The notes under the pieces: model-generated
Seen by the model: the letters and a program-made list of their open reading frames with translations, nothing else
Told to the model about the DNA's origin: nothing
Databases searched by the model: none
In this document: positions 18,497 through 27,884 of the stretch, one piece after another
Numbering within the stretch: position 1 is the stretch's first letter
How the letters are laid out: each line of letters opens with the position of its first letter
Position numbers and translations under genes: made by a program
Source of the DNA: Candidatus Latescibacterota bacterium
GTDB taxonomy: Bacteria > Latescibacterota > UBA2968 > UBA8231
DNA: 64,000 nt
Assembly (NCBI GenBank): GCA_965261395.1
Contig: OZ253462.1
Coordinates: forward strand, 832,001-896,000
Reading direction: 5' to 3'

Positions 18497-18804
18497 AAGA
18501 GTCGGCGACCACCCCGCCTCTACCGGAAGCACCGGCACTGCTGGAGAACTACCCGAATCCATTCAATCCCATCACCCGCATCCGCTTTGCCCTGCCCCAA
18601 GCAGGTCCTGCCAAGCTGGATATCTACAATGCGGCGGGCCAGTGGATCTGCACCCTAGTGGAAGGAGAAGCCGCCTCTGGCTATCACGAGGTGATGTGGG
18701 ACGCACGCAATGCCTCGGGCTTCAATATGGCTAGCGGAACCTACTTTGCCGTCCTCAAGGCCGGTGATCTGCGCCAGACCCGACCCATGACCCTAGTCCG
18801 TTGA
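18490..18804 (+). pseudogene. Orphaned FlgD-Ig/T9SS-type C-terminal domain, out of frame with the DUF362 gene
   Basis: 'AVEE...LLENYPNPFNPITRIRFALP...LDIYNAAGQ...WDARNASG...ASGTYF...MTLVR' with no convincing start of its own. Confidence 0.7.
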
Positions 18805-19850
18805 GCGTGGGCTTCATCGCGCCTTCAGGCGTGGCAGCGATTCAAACTCTTTACCACAACCTGACGCAACCGCTCTGGCAGGCCGCCAGCATGGCAGAGC
18901 ACTACCTGCGGAATACCTACACGCTGCGCGTCTTGGCAAGTTTCTGGGATTTGGCGGCCCAGCTCTGGTACTTTGTGGTGCTAGGTGCCCTATTCAGTAC
19001 GCTAGCTTGGCGCTACTTGCCCAAGACTCGGATCCGCCGCGCGCTCCAGCAACGGGCCAACGGCTCCATTGTGGCAGCCACCCTGCTGGCCTTGATCTCG
19101 CCCCTATGCACCTTTGCGGCTATTCCCGTGGCCGGCCGCCTGATAAATATAGGCGTACCGGCCGCACCTTTGGTGGCCTTTGTCGTGGCCTCGCCGCTGA
19201 TGAACCCCGCCCTGTTCGTGTACACCGCTGGGACCATCAGTATGGAAATGGCCATAGCCCGGCTAGCCACGGCGACTAGCGTGGGGCTGCTGGCCGGTTT
19301 TGCGGCGCAGTCCGCGCTGCGCCGTCGCCTAACGTTCGCCGTCCGCACGGCAATCTCTGCGGAGCGCGCCCCGGCCACGGCGGACGGGCGGTCTGAAGTT
19401 GGGAAGCTAGCCCAACGCTTCCGCGGCGATTTGCTCTTCATCGCCAAATTCTTCGGTCTAGGAATCTTCATCGCCGCCTTGGTAAAGACCTTTCTGTCCC
19501 AAGAGTTGGTGCTGGCACTGGTCGGCCCCGGCAGCGTCTGGGCCGTGCCCGTGGCTGTAGCCTTGGGGGTGCCGCTCTACGCCTGTGGCGGCGGCAGCAT
19601 TCCCATTGTCGAGAGCATGATGCAGATGGGCATGAGTCCGGGGGCGGCTCTGGGCTTTTTCATTGCCGGTCCAGCCACCAAGTTTTCTACCCTGACCATG
19701 CTTGGGGCGGTCTGGGGCCGCCGCATCTTGTTGTTCTACTTGGGTTTGATGCTGGTCGGGGCCTTGTTCTGGGGATTTCTCTATCCTTTTGGCGGCGAAA
19801 ACATCCAGGCCAAGGCGGGCGGGGTCTATGAGGATTTGATGGGGCGATGA
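18801..19850 (+). CDS. Predicted permease (DUF318/ArsP-like); start uncertain
   Basis: 'SPLCTFAAIP', 'AFVVASPLMNP', 'GVPLYACGGGSIP', 'FFIAGPAT'. Confidence 0.8.
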   Translation: MSVGFIAPSGVAAIQTLYHNLTQPLWQAASMAEHYLRNTYTLRVLASFWDLAAQLWYFVVLGALFSTLAWRYLPKTRIRRALQQRANGSIVAATLLALISPLCTFAAIPVAGRLINIGVPAAPLVAFVVASPLMNPALFVYTAGTISMEMAIARLATATSVGLLAGFAAQSALRRRLTFAVRTAISAERAPATADGRSEVGKLAQRFRGDLLFIAKFFGLGIFIAALVKTFLSQELVLALVGPGSVWAVPVAVALGVPLYACGGGSIPIVESMMQMGMSPGAALGFFIAGPATKFSTLTMLGAVWGRRILLFYLGLMLVGALFWGFLYPFGGENIQAKAGGVYEDLMGR

Positions 19851-19973
19851 AATCAATCGACAGACCTCTTCAAGGTCGGCAGCGAGTCTTTCTACCTCGA
19901 CTAACCCGACGCCCTTGAGACAAGGGGCAAATTGCGTTTTATTTCGGAACTGCTATGCCGGGAGAATGACGCC

Positions 19974-20834
19974 ATGACTAACCAGATCGACTACACCTTC
20001 AAGGCCGCGCCGACCCACGACGAACTGCGCGAAATGGACCGCGACTTGCGCTTCTATCCTTGCACGGTCGATGACCCCACCACCCTCACTGCCGAACAGA
20101 CCGCCGCTTTCAACCGAGACGGCTACCTCAAGGGCCTGCGAATTTTCGACGACGCCGAGATCGCCGAGCACCGGGACTTCTTCGACGAGCAACTGAGAAA
20201 GGTCATGGCCGCTGGCTATGGCAGCTTCACCCTCAGTTCGGCGCATCTCAAATTCGCCAAGGTCTATGACCTCATGCACCATCCCAAGATTCTCGCCTAC
20301 GTCCACGATCTCCTCGGCCCCGAACTGATCGGCTTGGCCTCGCACTACTTTTGCAAGATGCCTAAGGACGGCACCACCGTCTCCTGGCACCAGGACGCCA
20401 GCTACTGGCCGTTGACTCCCTCCAAGACGGCGACCGTCTGGCTGGCTGTTGACGACGCCGATATCGACAATGGCTGTATGCGCTTTGTCGCTGGCTCGCA
20501 CCTCTACGGCCAGCTCGAATTCCGCTCGAGTGACGCCGCGGAAAATAACGTCCTCAATCAGACGGTGGACGAGGTTGAGCGCTACGGCGAGATCGTCGAT
20601 GTAGAGCTCAAGGCCGGCGAGGTCTCGATTCACTCCGACCTGCTTTTGCACAGCTCGCACTACAACGAATCGGACCGCCGGCGCTGCGGACTAACCCTGC
20701 GCTACTGCACCCCCGATGTGCGTGCGATCCCCGGCTACTCTTGGGAGAAGGAGGGCGTGCTGATCAACGCCGCCGACCCGGCTGGCCACTGGGGCAACCC
20801 GACCCGGCCCGAGCGCGACTACGAGGTGGCCTGA
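19974..20834 (+). CDS. PhyH-family dioxygenase
   Basis: 'FNRDGY', 'WHQDASYW', 'NGCMRFVAGSH', 'HSDLLLHSS...RRCGLT'. Confidence 0.92.
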   Translation: MTNQIDYTFKAAPTHDELREMDRDLRFYPCTVDDPTTLTAEQTAAFNRDGYLKGLRIFDDAEIAEHRDFFDEQLRKVMAAGYGSFTLSSAHLKFAKVYDLMHHPKILAYVHDLLGPELIGLASHYFCKMPKDGTTVSWHQDASYWPLTPSKTATVWLAVDDADIDNGCMRFVAGSHLYGQLEFRSSDAAENNVLNQTVDEVERYGEIVDVELKAGEVSIHSDLLLHSSHYNESDRRRCGLTLRYCTPDVRAIPGYSWEKEGVLINAADPAGHWGNPTRPERDYEVA

Positions 20835-20958
20835 GCCGCTAGCGCAGATTTACGGGCTTCACCGCGCCTTTAGGTGAGACAGCAGGCGCGAAAATCAACC
20901 GCAAGCTAGGTCCGCTGCCCCGTGCATCTGACGGGTCTGGTCCTTGCTACAAACAGAG

Positions 20959-22443
20959 ATGCCGATGGCAAACGACAGACCGCACGTCCTCCTGATTACC
21001 ACCGACCATTGGTCCGCTTCCCTTTTGGGCGCAGCCAACCATCCCGCCATCCTCACCCCCACTCTCGACTCCTTAGCCCGCAGCGGCACTCGCTTTGTCA
21101 ACGCCTATAGCGAATGCCCGGTCTGCATCCCCGCTCGTCGCACCCTGATGACGGGCACTTCGCCGCGCACCCACGGCGACCGGGTCTTCAAAACAACCAA
21201 TCCCATGCCCGACCTGCCGACCGTGGCGCAGACCTTTCGCAACTCAGGCTACCAAGCGTATGCCGTTGGCAAGCTCCACGTCTATCCCCAGCGCGACCGC
21301 ATCGGCTTCGACGACGTGCTGCTCGACGAAGAGGGCCGACCGCACTTGGGTGCTGTTGACGACTACGATCTCTTCCTCGCGGACCAAGGCCATGCGGGGA
21401 TGGGCTTTGCCCACGGCATGAGCAACAACGAATATTCCTTCCGCCCTTGGCATTTGCCCGAGGACTGCCACCCCACCACTTGGGCGGCGCGTCAGATGGG
21501 CCGGATGATCAAACGCCGCAACCCAGCTAAGCCCGGCTTTTGGTACCTGTCCTTCCGCCACCCGCATCCGCCGCTGGTGCCCCTGCAGAGCTATCTCGAC
21601 CTCTATCGCGATATTGAGATCGACGAGGCGCACCACGGCGCTTGGGCACGCGACTTCGATGATCTGCCCTATGCGCTCAAAGTCATTCAGGGTGCCAACG
21701 CCCACCTCAAGGGGCCGGAGGTTCTGCGCATTCGCCGCGCCTTCTACGCGCTCTGTACCCAGATTGACCACCAGCTTCGCGTGGTCCTCGGCACTCTGCG
21801 CGAGGAGGGGCTGCTCGACAATACCATTATTTGCTTCACGGCTGACCACGGCGATATGCTCGGCAACCACGGGCTGTGGGCCAAGCGGCTCTACTACGAG
21901 CAGTCGGCCAATGTGCCAATGATCTTGCTCGGAGGCCGGGACGGGCGAGTGCCGCATCATACTATAGATGATCGTCTCGTCGGCTGGCAGGACGTCATGC
22001 CGACCTTGCTCGACTTGGCGGGCATCGACATCCCAGACACCGTCGAGGGCCTATCCATGGTCGGCGAGAACCGGCGCACTTATCTCTATGGCGAATGCGG
22101 CGAAGGGTCGAATGCCTCCCGCATGATCCGCGCGGGACGACACAAGCTGATCTACTATCCAGTGGGCAACCGCGTCCAGCTCTTCGACCTCGAAAGCGAT
22201 CCCAGCGAACTGAACGACCTAGCTGGCTCACCCGACCACGCCGCAATCCAGGCTCAACTCAGCGAGCGACTCGTCGGCGAACTCTACGGCGGCGACCAAG
22301 CATGGGTCCAAGACGATCAACTCGTCGGCCTGCCCGACCAGCAATGGTCTCCCCGTCCCAACCGCAATCTCTCGGGGGTCCGCGGTGCCCACTATCCCGC
22401 GCCGCCCCAGATCGGCGGCGACCAAGTCGTGGGTGCGCCGTGA
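20959..22443 (+). CDS. Sulfatase (formylglycine-dependent)
   Basis: 'CPVCIPARRTLMTG', 'GKLH', 'HPHPP', 'FTADHGDMLG..GLWAK'. Confidence 0.92.
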   Translation: MPMANDRPHVLLITTDHWSASLLGAANHPAILTPTLDSLARSGTRFVNAYSECPVCIPARRTLMTGTSPRTHGDRVFKTTNPMPDLPTVAQTFRNSGYQAYAVGKLHVYPQRDRIGFDDVLLDEEGRPHLGAVDDYDLFLADQGHAGMGFAHGMSNNEYSFRPWHLPEDCHPTTWAARQMGRMIKRRNPAKPGFWYLSFRHPHPPLVPLQSYLDLYRDIEIDEAHHGAWARDFDDLPYALKVIQGANAHLKGPEVLRIRRAFYALCTQIDHQLRVVLGTLREEGLLDNTIICFTADHGDMLGNHGLWAKRLYYEQSANVPMILLGGRDGRVPHHTIDDRLVGWQDVMPTLLDLAGIDIPDTVEGLSMVGENRRTYLYGECGEGSNASRMIRAGRHKLIYYPVGNRVQLFDLESDPSELNDLAGSPDHAAIQAQLSERLVGELYGGDQAWVQDDQLVGLPDQQWSPRPNRNLSGVRGAHYPAPPQIGGDQVVGAP

Positions 22444-23885
22444 AATCGCCCAACTTTCTGTTCATCTTATCCGACCAGCACCACCGACTCGCCAGCGGCT
22501 GCTACGGCCATCCGCTGGTGCAAACGCCCCATCTGGACTCCTTAGCCGCACGCGGCACCCGCTTCCAGAACGCCTACACCAACTGCCCGATCTGCGTCCC
22601 CGCCCGCGCGTCGCTGGCCACTGGCCGCTACGTGCATCAGATAGGCTACTGGGACAACGGGCATCCCTATGATGGCACGCCCGTCTCCTATCATCAGCGC
22701 CTGCGCGAGCAGGGCTTCTGCTGCGACTCAATCGGCAAGTTGCACTTCAAGGGGCAAGGCGCAGACCACGGATTTAGCGAGGAAATCGAGCCGTTGCACG
22801 TAGTCGATGGCGGCGGCGATGTACTCGGCTGCATCCGCGATCGCCCGCCCTTTCGCGACAAGCACGGCGAGCTTGGGCGCGCGGGTGCGGGCGATTCGAC
22901 TTACTTGCAGTACGACGCCCGCTGCACCGAACACGCCTTGCGCTGGCTCGCCGAGCACCAAAACGACGCTAAGCCTTGGGTAGTCTTCCTCAATTTCGTC
23001 TGCCCGCATCCTCCCTATATCGCCCCGTCGGAAATCTACGCCCGATATTCGCTCGCAGACGTGCCGCTGCCGCCACAGTGGACGCCCGACACGTGGCCCG
23101 ACCATCCGGCGATGGACTACTTCCGCCGCTTCTTCCGCTTCGACCAAGGGCACAGCGAAGAGACGGTGCGGCGAGTTTCAGCCGCGTACTACGGCACCAC
23201 GACCTATCTCGATCAGCAGATCGGCCGCGTGCTCGGCGCGCTCGACGGGTTTGGTCTGACGGATTCCACCCGCGTGCTCTATACCTCCGACCACGGAGAA
23301 TGTTTGGGGGCCCGAGGCATCTTCGGCAAATTTACGCTCTATGACGAGGCCGCGGCTGTGCCGATGATTGCGGCTGGCCCCGACGTGCCGGAGGGGAAGG
23401 TGGTGCAGACGCCTGTTTCTCTGGTGGATTGTTTTCCGACCGCGCTTGAATGCGTCGGAGCTGCATTAATCGACGAAGACCTGCCCGGCCGCTCGCTGTG
23501 GCAGATCGCGCAGGAGGACGACCAAGAGCGCACCGTCTTCAGCGAGTATCACGCGTTGGGCACCGAGCACGGCACCTATATGTTGCGCCGTAGTCGCTAC
23601 AAGTACAATTACTACGTCGGTGCGCCGTCGCAGCTTTTTGACTTGGCGGAGGATCCCAACGAGCTAAACGACCTGTCCGGCATACCAGAGCACCAGGGCC
23701 TGTTGCGAGATTGCGAAAGAGAATTGCACGCCTTGCTCGACCCGGAAGCGGTTGACGAGCAGGCCCATGCCAGTCAACGGGCAACCATCGAAGCGGCGGG
23801 CGGGGCTGCTGCGGTGATTCAACGCGGTGCCTTCGACCACTCGCCGACGCCCGGGGAAAAGGCCGCGTTTAGGCCGCACAAGTGA
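22440..23885 (+). CDS. Sulfatase (choline-sulfatase-like)
   Basis: GTGA overlap; 'PNFLFILSDQH', 'CPICVPARASLATG', 'YTSDHGE'. Confidence 0.92.
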   Translation: MKSPNFLFILSDQHHRLASGCYGHPLVQTPHLDSLAARGTRFQNAYTNCPICVPARASLATGRYVHQIGYWDNGHPYDGTPVSYHQRLREQGFCCDSIGKLHFKGQGADHGFSEEIEPLHVVDGGGDVLGCIRDRPPFRDKHGELGRAGAGDSTYLQYDARCTEHALRWLAEHQNDAKPWVVFLNFVCPHPPYIAPSEIYARYSLADVPLPPQWTPDTWPDHPAMDYFRRFFRFDQGHSEETVRRVSAAYYGTTTYLDQQIGRVLGALDGFGLTDSTRVLYTSDHGECLGARGIFGKFTLYDEAAAVPMIAAGPDVPEGKVVQTPVSLVDCFPTALECVGAALIDEDLPGRSLWQIAQEDDQERTVFSEYHALGTEHGTYMLRRSRYKYNYYVGAPSQLFDLAEDPNELNDLSGIPEHQGLLRDCERELHALLDPEAVDEQAHASQRATIEAAGGAAAVIQRGAFDHSPTPGEKAAFRPHK

Positions 23886-23941
23886 TGTTGAGCAGCATCC
23901 TTTAGCACACTGATGCGCGGGCGATGAGCAGGGGCCGGTTT

Positions 23942-23973
23942 GCCCGAATGTACTGTCGGGCTTTTCTTTTTTT
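23942..23973 (+). terminator. Rho-independent terminator-like hairpin abutting the MFS start codon
   Basis: gcccga-N8-tcgggc followed by ttttcttttttt. Confidence 0.6.
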
Positions 23974-25275
23974 ATGCCCGACACCCCAAGCGACACAGCA
24001 ACCCCCGATCACAGACTTTCTCCAGCAGTTCGTCGCCGCAGCCAGTCGCGGCTGATCGGCGTCGCCGTTAGCGGCTCGATCAATAACGCCCTCCTCACTT
24101 CCCTCGTCCCTCTCTTTCTTCTTTCTCTCGGTGCTTCGCCCTTTCTCATCGGCTTAGTCGCCACCAGCGAGTACCTCCAGAAGATGGGGCGCGTCGTCGG
24201 GTTGCAGCTAATGCAGCGCACCGGGAAGGCCGGGGTCTTCTTTTGGGGCCGGCTCTGCTCGTTGCCGGCTGGGCTGGCACTGGCGCTGTTGGCGTTCTAC
24301 GCCGCGGACGGGGCTTGGGCCGCTTGGATCGGCCTAGCCCTGTTTAGCGCGCGTGGTCTCATACAACAAGGAGGCAACACCGCTTGGTGGCCCCTAGTCC
24401 AAGACAACACCTCTAGGGGTGGGGTCGGAGCCTTTCTCACGCGCATGCGCCTTCAGCAGCGCCTGCTCGAACTCGTCTTGCCCATCCTGATCGGCTGGTA
24501 CCTCGGCTCTCAGCCCATGGCAGGCGACTTCGGCCCGCTCTTTGCCCTGGCGGTTTTCTCTACTTGTGGTGGAGCCCTCTTGGTGCGCGGAGTAGCGGAG
24601 CGACCTCTGTCCCCGCCCGGGGAAGGTATAGTTCGCCGCTTGCGTCAAGCGTTGGCCGCGCCCCAGATGCGTGCGTACACCCTTTTTATTATGGCCCGCA
24701 CGGCGGTGCTAGCTGCGACCTTTCCGCTGTGGGTCGTGGCGCTCACGGATTGGGGGCTGCCCGTTAGCTACTTCGTCTGGATGACGCCAGTACAAGCCCT
24801 CGGCTATTTGGTCGGACTGCATGGCTGGGGTCGGATGGTGGACCGGCACGGCAGCCGGGGAGCACTGACCATCACCCTGTTGCTGCAAGCGGCCATGGCA
24901 CCCGCTTGGCTCTTCCTGCCTGCGGAACTCCTGTGGATCGCACTTTGGGCGGGGGGCGTCTATCTGCTCTGGGGTGCGCTGGACGGCGGCCACCAGATGG
25001 GGCAGTCGCGGGCGATGATCGACGCCGTTTCCAAAGAATACCAGGCCGAGGGATTCTCCCTTGCGATGTACGCGTCGGCGCTGGGCGGTATTGTCGGCGG
25101 CATTGCGGGTGGGGCCTGTTTCCAATGGTCTGCTGCGCTGGTTGGTCCGCGGGGGCCGCTCTTTTATTTGTGTGCGGTTCAGCTCGCATTTACTGCGGCT
25201 TGGTTGCTCAGTACTCGGCTGGCCGGCTACCGAGAGCAAACCCCCGTGCGCCGCTTCTGGAGCTTGTCATCTTAG
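23974..25275 (+). CDS. MFS transporter
   Basis: About 12 TM segments; 'LSLGASPFLIGL', 'WGRMVDRHGSR'. Confidence 0.85.
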   Translation: MPDTPSDTATPDHRLSPAVRRRSQSRLIGVAVSGSINNALLTSLVPLFLLSLGASPFLIGLVATSEYLQKMGRVVGLQLMQRTGKAGVFFWGRLCSLPAGLALALLAFYAADGAWAAWIGLALFSARGLIQQGGNTAWWPLVQDNTSRGGVGAFLTRMRLQQRLLELVLPILIGWYLGSQPMAGDFGPLFALAVFSTCGGALLVRGVAERPLSPPGEGIVRRLRQALAAPQMRAYTLFIMARTAVLAATFPLWVVALTDWGLPVSYFVWMTPVQALGYLVGLHGWGRMVDRHGSRGALTITLLLQAAMAPAWLFLPAELLWIALWAGGVYLLWGALDGGHQMGQSRAMIDAVSKEYQAEGFSLAMYASALGGIVGGIAGGACFQWSAALVGPRGPLFYLCAVQLAFTAAWLLSTRLAGYREQTPVRRFWSLSS

Positions 25276-25334
25276 AGCACTCGTCTTATGTTGCTTTTGC
25301 GTTGATTCTCATTTCCTAAGATGCCCTCAGACAC

Positions 25335-26459
25335 ATGATTCGTACCGCACAGGCACTCGCCGAACTCGTCGAGCGCGCCCTAGACTGCGAGCGCGTTGCC
25401 CTAGACACTGAATTTGTTTGGAACCGCACCTATTATCCCAAGTTGGGCGTGATCCAATTGGCCCTCGCCGGCGACGATTACCACCTGATCGACCCGGTCG
25501 CGATTGCAGATCTCTCTCCCCTTGGTACCCTGTTAGAGCACGCGGGGGTTGAGCTGATCCTCCACGATGCCCAACAGGACCTGGCTATTCTGCGCCGGGT
25601 CACGGGTGCTTTCCCGCGCAACGTCTTCGATACCCGCTGCGCAGCCGGGCTTGCCAATATGAGTTCTACCTCTTCGCTGGTCGAACTCTTGGGGCAGACC
25701 CTCGGCGTGGTCCTCGATAAGACCGAGACGCTCACCAATTGGGTCCGCCGCCCGCTCTCCGACGATCAGCTAGCGTACGCCATTGAGGATGTGCGCTATC
25801 TGCACGAGGTGAGTGATGTGTTGCGGGCGCGCGTCGAGGAAATTGGTCGCAGCACTTGGCTGACAGAGGAGATGACCGCGTACGACGAGCCGCGGCTATA
25901 CGAGGTGCGAGACCCACGCGAGCAATTCACCCGGATCAAGGGAGCGGGCCGAGCTTCCCCGCGCGAACTGGCCATTCTCCGCGAATTGGCCGCTTGGCGC
26001 GAAGAGGAAGCCCAGCGATGCGATCGACCGCGCAATCACGTGCTGACGGACGAAACTCTCGTGTTACTAGCTCGGCGCAAGCCTCAGTCGCTGGAGGAAC
26101 TGGGTCGGCTCCGCGCACTCGGCAATCACCGCTATGACCGCTGCGTCCTCGATCAGATTCACCGCGGCTTGGCCGTCCCCGACGAGGAGTGCCCTCCCCG
26201 GTCGCGCCGGCCGAGCCTCGACAAGGAGGTCGTCGAACGCAAACTCGCCCAGTCCATGGATTACTTGCGCCGCCAAAGCAACGCGGCGCAGATTGACGCG
26301 CCTTTTGTCGCGGCCCGCGCCGAAGTACGCAACCTAGTCATCGACGCGGTTTCTGCCACGCCCGAGGATCATCGCCTCCTGCGCGGGTGGCGGCGCGATT
26401 TTATTGGCGAAACCCTCTACGGCATCGCTACTTGCCCCGGGCAGTCCGGCCACACTTGA
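25335..26459 (+). CDS. rnd: Ribonuclease D
   Basis: 'ALDTEFVWNRTYYPKLGVIQL', 'HDAQQDL', 'FDTR', 'W.RRPLS..QLAYA.EDV', HRDC region. Confidence 0.92.
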   Translation: MIRTAQALAELVERALDCERVALDTEFVWNRTYYPKLGVIQLALAGDDYHLIDPVAIADLSPLGTLLEHAGVELILHDAQQDLAILRRVTGAFPRNVFDTRCAAGLANMSSTSSLVELLGQTLGVVLDKTETLTNWVRRPLSDDQLAYAIEDVRYLHEVSDVLRARVEEIGRSTWLTEEMTAYDEPRLYEVRDPREQFTRIKGAGRASPRELAILRELAAWREEEAQRCDRPRNHVLTDETLVLLARRKPQSLEELGRLRALGNHRYDRCVLDQIHRGLAVPDEECPPRSRRPSLDKEVVERKLAQSMDYLRRQSNAAQIDAPFVAARAEVRNLVIDAVSATPEDHRLLRGWRRDFIGETLYGIATCPGQSGHT

Positions 26460-26563
26460 TGTGGCCGCGTGAGGCACAACACAGTCAGCAATTGGGCATG
26501 GACCGTCCACCTAGCACAACCCTCAAGGTCAATGACGGCCGCTCTTAGATAGGCAGACAACAG

Positions 26564-27814
26564 ATGCTCAACGTACTGCGCCGCCAATTTTTCGAATGGG
26601 GCCTCGGCAAGGACCTCGGCGAAGATCTCGCCGCGCTGGTCGCCTTGGCTTTAGTGGCCTTCGTCGCCGTGCTCGTCCATCGCTTAGCCAAGGGGCCTCT
26701 ACTCCGCGGCCTCACCGCCATCATTCGTCGCACCGATATCCCCTATGACGATGCCCTAATCGAGTGCCGGGTCCTGCACCGGCTGGCCCATATAGTGCCC
26801 GGCCTCATCTTCTACCACCTAGGGCCGCTGGCCTTAGAAGGCCACCCCGTTTCCGTCAATATCATCCAGACCGCGGCGCATATTTATCTGGTGCTCTCCG
26901 GCTTACTAGCCATTGAGGCGTTGATCAGCGCGGGCGTCCGCATCTACAACGGCACTAAGACCTCGCACGAAGTCTCCATTAAGGGACTGGTGCAGTTTCT
27001 CAAGATCATCCTCTTTTTGCTCGGCAGCGTCCTCGTCGTCTCAATCCTAATCGGCCAATCGCCGCTCTACTTGCTCGGTGGCCTGACGGCGATGACCGCG
27101 GTTTTGCTTTTAGTCTTCCGCGACTCGATCCTCGGGTTAGTCGCTGGCATCCAGATCTCGGTAAATCGCATGGTTGCCTATGGCGACTGGATTGAAATGC
27201 CCCAATACGGGGCCGACGGCGACGTGATCGACATAACGCTGACGACGGTCAAGGTCCAAAATTGGGATAAGACCATCACGACCATCCCCACCTACGCGCT
27301 GATCAGCGAGTCGTTCAAAAACTGGCGCGGGATGCAGGACTCGGGCGGGCGGCGGATCAAGCGGGCGATCTACCTCGATGTCAGCACCATCGTGTTTTGC
27401 GACGAGGAAATGCTCGCGCGCTTCGCCAAAATCCAGTACATCACCGCCCACATTGAGCGCAAAAAGAAAGAGCTAGCCGAATACAACAAGCTCAACCGGG
27501 TGGACCTTTCGCATTTGGTAAATGGCCGACGCATTACCAATATCGGCACCTTCCGCGCCTATGTGCAGGCCTATCTGAAAAACCATCCGCAGATCAACCA
27601 AGAGATGACCTTTCTGATTCGTCAGCTAGCGCCGACCTCCAAGGGGCTACCCATCGAAATCTATGTCTTCTGCAAGGATATCGTCTGGGCCAACTACGAG
27701 GCGATTCAGGCCGACATTTTCGACCACATCTTTGCCATTGTGCCCGCCTTTGATCTGCGGGTTTTTCAGGAGCCGACGGGGACGGACTTTCAGGCGCTGG
27801 GGGGATCGCAGTAA
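26564..27814 (+). CDS. MscS-family mechanosensitive channel (YbdG/MscM-like)
   Basis: 'GDWIEMPQYGADGDVIDI.LTTVKVQNWDKTITTIPTY', 'GGRRIKR'. Confidence 0.92.
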   Translation: MLNVLRRQFFEWGLGKDLGEDLAALVALALVAFVAVLVHRLAKGPLLRGLTAIIRRTDIPYDDALIECRVLHRLAHIVPGLIFYHLGPLALEGHPVSVNIIQTAAHIYLVLSGLLAIEALISAGVRIYNGTKTSHEVSIKGLVQFLKIILFLLGSVLVVSILIGQSPLYLLGGLTAMTAVLLLVFRDSILGLVAGIQISVNRMVAYGDWIEMPQYGADGDVIDITLTTVKVQNWDKTITTIPTYALISESFKNWRGMQDSGGRRIKRAIYLDVSTIVFCDEEMLARFAKIQYITAHIERKKKELAEYNKLNRVDLSHLVNGRRITNIGTFRAYVQAYLKNHPQINQEMTFLIRQLAPTSKGLPIEIYVFCKDIVWANYEAIQADIFDHIFAIVPAFDLRVFQEPTGTDFQALGGSQ

Positions 27815-27836
27815 GATGCCCCGCCCCTCATCCCGT

Positions 27837-27866
27837 ATCTGCGCTCATCTGCGTTTATCTGCGGAT
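27837..27866 (+). repeat. Intergenic ATCTGCG 10-bp-period repeat, copy 3 (3 units)
   Basis: atctgcgctc-atctgcgttt-atctgcggat. Confidence 0.75.
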
Positions 27867-27884
27867 AAAAATAGAAGTGTCCCT

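Noticed and set aside
22095-22439. N-terminal extension of the second sulfatase
   Set aside because: Overlaps the first sulfatase; homology begins at GTG 22440
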